A stretch of 32,000 nt of DNA from an uncultured Methanosarcinales archaeon. Its GTDB lineage: Archaea; Nanobdellota; Nanobdellia; Woesearchaeales; JAGWAF01. A program made the translations under genes and the position numbers. The notes beneath the pieces were generated by a model. The model had not been told where the DNA came from. It saw only the letters and a program-made list of their open reading frames with translations, and searched no databases. Positions 8,463 through 14,475 of the stretch are shown one piece after another. Every line of letters starts with the position of its first letter. Position 1 is the stretch's first letter. Location of the stretch: assembly GCA_964414985.1 (NCBI GenBank), contig CAYPXA010000008.1, positions 11,966 to 43,965 on the forward strand, written 5' to 3'.

Positions 8463-10352
8463 ATGGCAAAGAAAAAATCAGAAAAAAGTCAAAATCAAAA
8501 GGCAGCAAAGACTGCTTCAAAGCAGGAGCCTGCAAAGGAGTGCCCTGCACCGCAGCAAGGCATTATGCCCGGCATGCCGCCCAATCTTTCAAAGGAGGCG
8601 CAGGAAAAGCTCAAGGCAATCAAGGAAAAGCTTGACAAGTTCTCAAAGGAAGTCGTGAAAAAGTTTGAAAAATACATTATGGGAGTTGCGCTTCTGCCCC
8701 CTCCAAAGCCTGAAGAAGGAAAAAAGGAGGACAAGGAAAGCATCCATGTCCTTGTGCTTGTCGATGACAGCGACAGCCAGAAGATGACAAAGGCAGAGCT
8801 GAAGGAAAAGCTCTCATCCATAATTGAGAACATTGCAAAGGAGACAGACAAGTGCATGGTCACACAGACTGTAATACTTTCAGAGGTCTGGCAGAGCTGC
8901 TACGACGGCAAGCCTGACGCGCTCAAGGCAGTGGCATTTGCTGCGCCTGTCTATGACACAGGAATGCTTTCAGCAATAAAGATTGCAGAGCTCCACAAAA
9001 GCATGGTTCTGAAAAAGTTCGAGAAGTACATTGTAAGCTATGTGCTTGCAGGCTCGCTTGTCCAGGGAAGGGCAACACCCACTTCAGACATTGACGTCTG
9101 GATTGTTGTTGACGACACTGATGTCAAGAAGATGACCAGGGCAGAGCTCAAGGACAAGCTTAGGGCAATAATAATCGGAATGGGCATAGAAGCAGGAGAG
9201 ATGACTGGAATAAAGAACAAGCTGAATATCCAGGTCTATATCCTTACTGACTTCTGGGACAGCCTTAAGGAGGCAAACCCCATAATCTTCACCCTTTTGA
9301 GGGACGGAGTTCCGTTCTATGACAGGGGAGTGTTCATGCCATGGAAGCTGCTGCTGAAGATGGGCAAGATAAAGCCGTCAGCAGAGGCGATTGACATGTT
9401 CATGAGTTCAGGAGAGGGAATGCTGAAGAGGGTCCACTACAAGCTCAAGGACATAGGAATGGAAGACATGTTTTATGCGCTTCTGACTCCATCGCAGGCA
9501 GCGCTCATGCTTTTCGGGGTTGCTCCTCCAACGCCAAGGGAGACGCCAGAGCTGCTTAGGGACCTTTTTGTGAAGAAGGAAAAGATTCTTGAGGAAAAAT
9601 ATGTCCAGACTCTTGAAAGAGTCATAAAGCTAAGGAAGGACATCGAGCACGGCACAAAAGAGGAGGTTACAGGCGCTGAAATTGACGAGATACTCAAGGC
9701 AGCTGAAGCCTACCTTGAAAGGATAAAGAAGCTGTTTGAGCAGATTGAGGAATCCAAGCAGGAGGAGTCAATAGTCCATATTTATGAGACAATAACCACC
9801 ATAATAAGGGATGCCCTTGTAATGGAAGGAATTTCAAAGGTGCCTGAATCAGAGCTTGAAAAGCATTTCAGGGAGGAGCTTGTCTCAAAAGGAAGGATTC
9901 CTGCAAAGTTCCAGAGGGTGCTTCAGGACCTTGTCAAGGCAAAGAAGGACTATGATGCTGGAAAGCTCACAAAGTCTGAAATTGAGAATGTCAAGAAGGA
10001 GTCTTCAGCATTCATAAGGACTATTGTTGAGTACATGCAGAGGAAGAGAGGCAGGGAAATCGAGAAGACAAGGATGAGGATAAAGCACGGAGAAAAGTAC
10101 GGAGAGGTAATACTGCTCGGAACCCAGGCATTCATAATTGAGGATGTTGATGCAGAGCAGAAGTCTGTGCAGAAGGCAAAGCTGAACCCTGACGGAAGCC
10201 TCGGGCCTCTTGAGAAGTCTTCAGCAGAGGAGATGGAAGACTGCATTTCAAAGATAAGCGTGCCTGAAAGGGTTTTCATAAAGCAGCCTATTTTTGACGA
10301 CCTTAGAAAGCTGTTTGGAAAAGATGTTGAAGTCCAGGTAAACCTGCTCTAG
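8463..10352 (+). CDS. duplicated nucleotidyltransferase (Pol-beta superfamily) + HEPN-like domains protein
   Basis: ATG 8463 (MAKKKSEK) is preceded by AAGGAGG. An intact minimal-NTase motif is present: LAGSLVQGRATPTSDIDVWIVVDDTD. An upstream paralogous but degenerate copy reads KKFEKYIMGVALLPPP...IHVLVLVDDSD..KMTKAELKEKL, against KKFEKYIVSYVLAGS...VWIVVDDTD..KMTRAELKDKL in the intact copy. The helical C-terminal half contains an R-x4-H HEPN-like motif (LRKDIEHG). A second HEPN-like repeat lacks the R/H residues (KAKKDYDAG). Confidence 0.7.
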   Translation: MAKKKSEKSQNQKAAKTASKQEPAKECPAPQQGIMPGMPPNLSKEAQEKLKAIKEKLDKFSKEVVKKFEKYIMGVALLPPPKPEEGKKEDKESIHVLVLVDDSDSQKMTKAELKEKLSSIIENIAKETDKCMVTQTVILSEVWQSCYDGKPDALKAVAFAAPVYDTGMLSAIKIAELHKSMVLKKFEKYIVSYVLAGSLVQGRATPTSDIDVWIVVDDTDVKKMTRAELKDKLRAIIIGMGIEAGEMTGIKNKLNIQVYILTDFWDSLKEANPIIFTLLRDGVPFYDRGVFMPWKLLLKMGKIKPSAEAIDMFMSSGEGMLKRVHYKLKDIGMEDMFYALLTPSQAALMLFGVAPPTPRETPELLRDLFVKKEKILEEKYVQTLERVIKLRKDIEHGTKEEVTGAEIDEILKAAEAYLERIKKLFEQIEESKQEESIVHIYETITTIIRDALVMEGISKVPESELEKHFREELVSKGRIPAKFQRVLQDLVKAKKDYDAGKLTKSEIENVKKESSAFIRTIVEYMQRKRGREIEKTRMRIKHGEKYGEVILLGTQAFIIEDVDAEQKSVQKAKLNPDGSLGPLEKSSAEEMEDCISKISVPERVFIKQPIFDDLRKLFGKDVEVQVNLL

Positions 10353-10362
10353 GCAATCCTTG

Positions 10363-10389
10363 ATTTTTTCTTTTTTTGATTTTGTTTTT
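10363..10389 (+). terminator. oligo-T tract terminator region after the NTase-HEPN gene
   Basis: Successive T-runs (T6, T7, T4, T5) begin 11 nt after the stop codon. This is the typical form of an archaeal intrinsic termination signal. Confidence 0.5.
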
Positions 10390-10478
10390 CCTGCATTGCT
10401 TTTTTCTGCATAGAATTATATTCTTGATTTGCAATAAGCTTATATAGGATTCCAGCATTCTGCAGCATAGCAAAAGAG

Positions 10479-11030
10479 GTGGTAAACGTGGAAACAGGAT
10501 ACAAAGTCTGCGACGCAATGACAAAAAAGCCGGTAACTATTTCTCCTGGCAGCTCTATGCAGGAATGCGCAAGGCTGATGGCTGAAAGCCATGTCGGAGC
10601 GCTTGTTGTCCAGTCAGGCTCAAGCCTTGCAGGGCTTATCACAGAGCAGGACATTGTAAGGAAATCTGTAATACTCAATGATGCGCCTCATTCAAGAAAG
10701 GTTTCTGATGTCATGGAAAACAGGGTGCACACAATTTCGCCTGAAAAGGACATATTTGAAGCGCTGATTATGATGAAGGACCTAAACATTAGGCACCTTC
10801 CTGTAATGAACGGCAGCGAAATGGTCGGGCTTCTTACTCTCAAAGACATACTTAAGATACAGCCTCTTCTCTTTGACCTTCTTGTGGAAAAGTTCGAGAT
10901 TAGGGAGCAGGAGCGCAAGCCCATCAACAACCCTGAAGAATCAGGGGGAATATGCAGGGTCTGCGGAGAGTACTCTGAAAGCCTTGCAGTGCATGACGGA
11001 GTTCTTTCCTGCATTGACTGCAGGCAGTAG
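10479..11030 (+). CDS. CBS-domain pair protein with C-terminal zinc ribbon
   Basis: Two CBS repeats are present (VCDAMTKKPVTISPGSSMQECARLMAESHVGALVV...GLITEQDIVRK; VSDVMENRVHTISPEKDIFEALIMMKDLNIRHLPVM...GLLTLKDILK). The C-terminal ribbon is CRVCGEYS...LSCIDC. The start is ambiguous: GTG 10479, GTG 10488 (GAGGTG 6 nt upstream) or ATG 10518. A TATA-like CTTATATAGG lies at 10437-10446. Confidence 0.8.
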   Translation: MVNVETGYKVCDAMTKKPVTISPGSSMQECARLMAESHVGALVVQSGSSLAGLITEQDIVRKSVILNDAPHSRKVSDVMENRVHTISPEKDIFEALIMMKDLNIRHLPVMNGSEMVGLLTLKDILKIQPLLFDLLVEKFEIREQERKPINNPEESGGICRVCGEYSESLAVHDGVLSCIDCRQ

Positions 11031-11035
11031 CCAAA

Positions 11036-11356
11036 ATGGCAAAAAAGCTCAAGTTTTCAGGAGAGCTGATTGAAAGCATACTCAGCGGAAAGAAAACTTT
11101 CACCTGGCGCATCAACGACGACAAAGGCCTTTCTGAAGGAGATTTGCTGTCGCTATGCGACCTGCAGGGAATTCAGTTTGCAGAAGCAAGGATTGTTTCT
11201 GTAAATGAGCTGAAATTCAGCGAGCTTTCTGACGAAGAAAAAAAGCAGCACGGATTCAGTTCTGATGAAGAGATGTATGCTGCATTCTCAAAATACTACA
11301 GCGTGGAAGTAGGCCCTGAAACAATGCTCAAAATAGTTGAGTTCAAGGTTCTTTAG
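11036..11356 (+). CDS. ASCH (PUA-like) domain protein
   Basis: ASCH pattern: FSGELIESILSGKKTFTWRINDDKGLSEGDLLSL...AEARIVSV. The start is 5 nt after the CBS gene stop. Confidence 0.65.
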   Translation: MAKKLKFSGELIESILSGKKTFTWRINDDKGLSEGDLLSLCDLQGIQFAEARIVSVNELKFSELSDEEKKQHGFSSDEEMYAAFSKYYSVEVGPETMLKIVEFKVL

Positions 11357-11369
11357 AATTAAAATGGCC

Positions 11370-11403
11370 CAGGCAGAAGAAGCCCGGAGGCCTCTTCCGC
11401 CTG
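11370..11403 (+). other. strong 15-bp hairpin (two A.C mismatches, CGGA loop) immediately 3' of the ASCH gene, followed by a second 5-bp hairpin (11405-11420)
   Basis: CAGGCAGAAGAAGCC-cgga-GGCCTCTTCCGCCTG, then CTATC-accaaa-GATAG. No T-run follows either hairpin. Confidence 0.45.
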
Positions 11404-11529
11404 TCTATCACCAAAGATAGGGATGCAAAGCGCGTATATAAAGTTTTGCCATGGTTTTTCGTCGGACAAAGTGATGAATCTTAAAAAACATAAAATTTAA
11501 GAATGCCAAGAGACAATTAATGCGTTAAA

Positions 11530-11808
11530 ATGGATAATTCAAGGGTTCATATAATAGTGCACGGAAGAGTGCAGGGAGTTTTCTTCAGGGCAGACACCCT
11601 TGAAATTGCCGAAAACCTTAGCATTTCAGGCTGGGCCAGGAACAATCCAGACGGAAGCCTTGAAATTATGGCAGAAGGAAAAAGGGATGACCTTCGGGAG
11701 CTGATAAGGTGGTGCAAGAAAGGGCCGTCTGTTGCAAGAGTCGAGAAGGTTGAAACCTCGTGGGAGCATCCCACAGGCGAATTCAGGGGATTTGAGATAA
11801 GGATGTAG
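11530..11808 (+). CDS. acyP: acylphosphatase
   Basis: Canonical signature VHGRVQGVFFR, plus GWARNNPDGSLEIMAEG and a length of ~92 aa. Confidence 0.9.
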   Translation: MDNSRVHIIVHGRVQGVFFRADTLEIAENLSISGWARNNPDGSLEIMAEGKRDDLRELIRWCKKGPSVARVEKVETSWEHPTGEFRGFEIRM

Positions 11809-11809
11809 A

Positions 11810-12187
11810 ATGGCAAAGCCCATTTTTGTTGTCCACGAGCACCACGCATCGCATCTTCATTGGGACTTAAGGCTGGAGATGGACGGAGTGCTCAAGTCAT
11901 GGGCTGTTCCAAAAGAGCCTTCTTCTGAAGAGGGAGTCAAGAGGCTTGCAGTGCAGGTTGAAGACCACCCTCTGGGATATGCATCGTTTGAAGGAGAGAT
12001 AGCTGAAGGATATGGAAAAGGCACAGTAAAGATATGGGACTCTGGAACATACAATCTTGTCAGCAGGAAGCAAAGCAAGATTATTGCAGACTTCTCTGGA
12101 AAAAAGCTGAATGGAGAATACGTGCTTCTTAAATTTGACAAGGCCGGCGAGAAAAACTGGCTGTTCTTCAGGAAAAAGCAGGAATAA
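11810..12187 (+). CDS. stand-alone DNA ligase D 3'-phosphoesterase (LigD-PE) domain protein
   Basis: FVVHEHHASHLHWDLRLEMDGVLKSWAVPKEPS...KRLAVQVEDHPLGYASFEGEI..GYGKGTVKIWDSGTY...GKKLNGEYVLL matches the LigD PE domain signature. That signature includes the His-rich metal site, SWAVPKGP and VEDHPL. The gap from the acyP stop is 1 nt. Confidence 0.85.
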   Translation: MAKPIFVVHEHHASHLHWDLRLEMDGVLKSWAVPKEPSSEEGVKRLAVQVEDHPLGYASFEGEIAEGYGKGTVKIWDSGTYNLVSRKQSKIIADFSGKKLNGEYVLLKFDKAGEKNWLFFRKKQE

Positions 12188-12237
12188 CAAAAATGTTTAT
12201 AAACCCGCTGGCTATCTTATTTTCAGGTCAGGCAAAT

Positions 12238-12408
12238 GCGAGGGTTATTGCTAAGATGCTCTTGGCATTCCTCAGTGCAGAGCCTGGTCAAATGCGCAGG
12301 ACTTAAGTAGGGCACTCATGGTTGTACCCTGAGAAATCCTGTCTCTTAGTGAGTCCGAGGGTTCGAAATGTGCATATGCTTATGCATGCGAAATTCCCTC
12401 CCCTCGCA
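12238..12408 (+). tRNA. tRNA-Leu(UAA) with three putative BHB introns (8/9, 37/38, 59/60)
   Basis: Exons: 12238-12245, 12276-12307, 12336-12367, 12395-12408. Introns: 12246-12275 (30 nt), 12308-12335 (28 nt), 12368-12394 (27 nt). The spliced 86-mer is GCGAGGGUUGCAGAGCCUGGUCAAAUGCGCAGGACUUAAGAUCCUGUCUCUUAGUGAGUCCGAGGGUUCGAAUCCCUCCCCUCGCA. It has a 7-bp acceptor, U8, and D arm GCAG-AGCCUGGUCAA-AUGC. The anticodon arm is CAGGA-CUUAAGA-UCCUG, with a 15-nt variable arm. The T arm is GAGGG-UUCGAAU-CCCUC, with A73. TTTATAAA lies at 12196-12203 upstream and a T7 run lies immediately downstream. No CCA is encoded. Confidence 0.8.
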
Positions 12409-12430
12409 TTTTTTTATTTTTCGATTTTTT
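12409..12430 (+). terminator. oligo-T terminator after tRNA-Leu
   Basis: A T7 run starts at the nucleotide after the discriminator base, followed by T5 and T6 runs. Confidence 0.6.
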
Positions 12431-12503
12431 CGATTGATGTGAAATCTGAAGCATTAAACTTGACCTTTTTTTAAAATCGAATTTGCTGCAGAATTTTTAA
12501 GAA

Positions 12504-12920
12504 CTATTTTTTGGTCAGAACTCCAAAGTATTTTTCAGTCATCTTTTCAATCTGCCCAGCCATATTTTCTATCTCAACACTGCCTTCCTGGCTGGCTTGG
12601 CTCTGCTTATTCTTCATTTGCCCAATAAGGTATTGGGGGCTTGCGCCCTTCATATAATAAGCGTCAATCACGCAGTTTTTATTGCCCAGTTTTGCAAGGT
12701 ATCCTCTCAGGCTTTCACAGTAATATTCCAGAACAATCTTTGCTTTTTCAGGAGGCAGAAATACCTCAAGATTGTTCCTAAGCCATATCCCTCCGATTTG
12801 GACTGCAATATAATTAACCGGTTTTCCGTGCTTAAACATCTGCGCATAGTTTAGAGTAAGAGTTTTGGCATTCTTTGCCTGCTTTTTCATCTGCTGCGCT
12901 TCAATTACATCTTCAAGCAT
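12504..12920 (-). CDS. hypothetical protein (138-144 aa)
   Basis: The ORF ends with TAG (12504-12506). The tracked start at 12938 is TTG; the first ATG (MLEDVIEAQQ) is at 12920. No family was recognised. Confidence 0.55.
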   Translation of the reverse strand: MLEDVIEAQQMKKQAKNAKTLTLNYAQMFKHGKPVNYIAVQIGGIWLRNNLEVFLPPEKAKIVLEYYCESLRGYLAKLGNKNCVIDAYYMKGASPQYLIGQMKNKQSQASQEGSVEIENMAGQIEKMTEKYFGVLTKK

Positions 12921-12995
12921 TTTATCCAGGTTAATCAAGCACCCTAATAAAGCTTAGGTAAGATTTAAAAACAAGGCTGTTTTTCCATAAAATGT

Positions 12996-13067
12996 GCCTC
13001 TGTAGCTCAGTGGCAGAGCGCTACCTTGGTAAGGTAGAGGTCGAGGGTTCAACTCCCTCCAGAGGCT
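12996..13067 (+). tRNA. tRNA-Thr(GGU)
   Basis: Acceptor GCCUCUG/CAGAGGC. D arm GCUC-AGUGGCA-GAGC. Anticodon arm CUACC-UUGGUAA-GGUAG. Variable region AGGUC. T arm GAGGG-UUCAACU-CCCUC. Discriminator U73; 72 nt. ATTTAAAAA box about 30 nt upstream and a T-run downstream. Confidence 0.93.
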
Positions 13068-13130
13068 TTTTGAAGGAGATTGCAGGAGACTGCATTAGCT
13101 TTTTAATAGCCCTCCAATTCTAAACCGCTC

Positions 13131-14267
13131 ATGAGTGGAGACATGCACAATGTCCAGCAGATGCTGGAAGATTTGATTGACGGAAAGAAGACAGTTGGAG
13201 CTTCCCTTAACCCTCTCAAAGGGCTCGATTTTCCTGAAGGCAGGCCTGCAGCAGGCGGAATAATCAGCAGGTGGTCAGGCCATATGTCTCATGTAACTCG
13301 AAATAGGGCAAAAAAAGTAAGGGACATTGTAATCAAGGAAAGGCTCAAGGGAATCCAGCCTTACAATAAGTTCTGCAGCCATATCGAGCCGCTTATAAAT
13401 TTTAACTTCAGCGACAAAAGCATAGGATTCCTGCCTTACAGGTACTATGAGCTTTTCCTCTGCACAAAGGGGATGATTGATGATATTATCATAGAGGAAG
13501 CTAAAGGGGAAAGGCTTGTTCCCAGGCAGGTTAACAATATAAGAAAAATAATTGATGAAATAAGCGAGATGCATTCTGAAAGGATGCGCTTCCTGGCATG
13601 CCCTCCCCACCTCTGCTATGAGCCGGATGATTTCAAGAATTTCTCGCTTGAAAGCGCGCTAAGCCCATCAAGCTACTTTCCAAACTGGAAGTATTTTGGC
13701 CAGATAACCTCCAAAAATTTGAGGTTTAAGTCTGAAGAATTAGGGCATCATGCAGCAGTGCATTACAACCTTGAAAAAATCAAGGGAGTGTTCTGCGTTT
13801 CAGTCAAGTACATGGCATTCAGCAGCAAAAAATACAACTGCAGGGACAAGCTTGACATTGTATATGTGCTTTCCGAGGAGCCAAAAAAAGGAGGCATATA
13901 TTCTGCACCCAAAGGAGACATCTCGCATTTTGAGATTAACCTGCCGATTGCACACATTGCCCATGGAAGGCTTGAAAAAGGATTGAGCCTTGAAGCAGAT
14001 GCAACATACAAGGAGAAAGAAGAGCTTCATTCGACAGGCTATGAATTCAAGAAAGACTACCTTACAGGCGAAGAAAGGTATTTCAGGATATTCTTCAACA
14101 GGCATGCAAAAAAGGAGCCTGCAAAGCTTTCAGAGCGGGCAATGAACTACAAGGAAGCGCTTAATGACTTTGCGCTTGTCGGAGGCCATTTTTTTGAGAA
14201 GGCTGTGAATTTTGCAATTGCCAATTTTGACAAGCTTAAAGGAATTTACATACTAAAGCTAAGCTAA
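13131..14267 (+). CDS. hypothetical protein (378 aa), no recognised domain
   Basis: Long ORF. The TATA-like CTTTTTAATAG (13098-13108) lies about 25-30 nt upstream of the ATG, consistent with a leaderless mRNA. No catalytic or binding motif was recognised. Confidence 0.65.
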   Translation: MSGDMHNVQQMLEDLIDGKKTVGASLNPLKGLDFPEGRPAAGGIISRWSGHMSHVTRNRAKKVRDIVIKERLKGIQPYNKFCSHIEPLINFNFSDKSIGFLPYRYYELFLCTKGMIDDIIIEEAKGERLVPRQVNNIRKIIDEISEMHSERMRFLACPPHLCYEPDDFKNFSLESALSPSSYFPNWKYFGQITSKNLRFKSEELGHHAAVHYNLEKIKGVFCVSVKYMAFSSKKYNCRDKLDIVYVLSEEPKKGGIYSAPKGDISHFEINLPIAHIAHGRLEKGLSLEADATYKEKEELHSTGYEFKKDYLTGEERYFRIFFNRHAKKEPAKLSERAMNYKEALNDFALVGGHFFEKAVNFAIANFDKLKGIYILKLS

Positions 14268-14475
14268 GAACAATTCTAAATCTGAAAAAGCCTAAATCTG
14301 ATTCTAAAACCCGCAGACAAAATCATTTGTTTCAGGCAAAAACAATTCTTTGATAGGGCTCAAACCGCCAGGGGGATTTTGCAAAAAAATATTTTGAATT
14401 AATCTGCCAGCCCAAATTCAGGCATGCTGCCATTTTGCGAAATGTTTAAATACACCCCAAGATGATTAAATTCCT

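Noticed and set aside
11471-11477. C-box-like GUGAUGA about 30 nt downstream of a TATATAAA box (possible C/D box sRNA)
   Set aside because: No D box (CUGA) or C'/D' pair occurs anywhere in the following ~70 nt before the acyP start. It is more likely part of the acyP 5' region.
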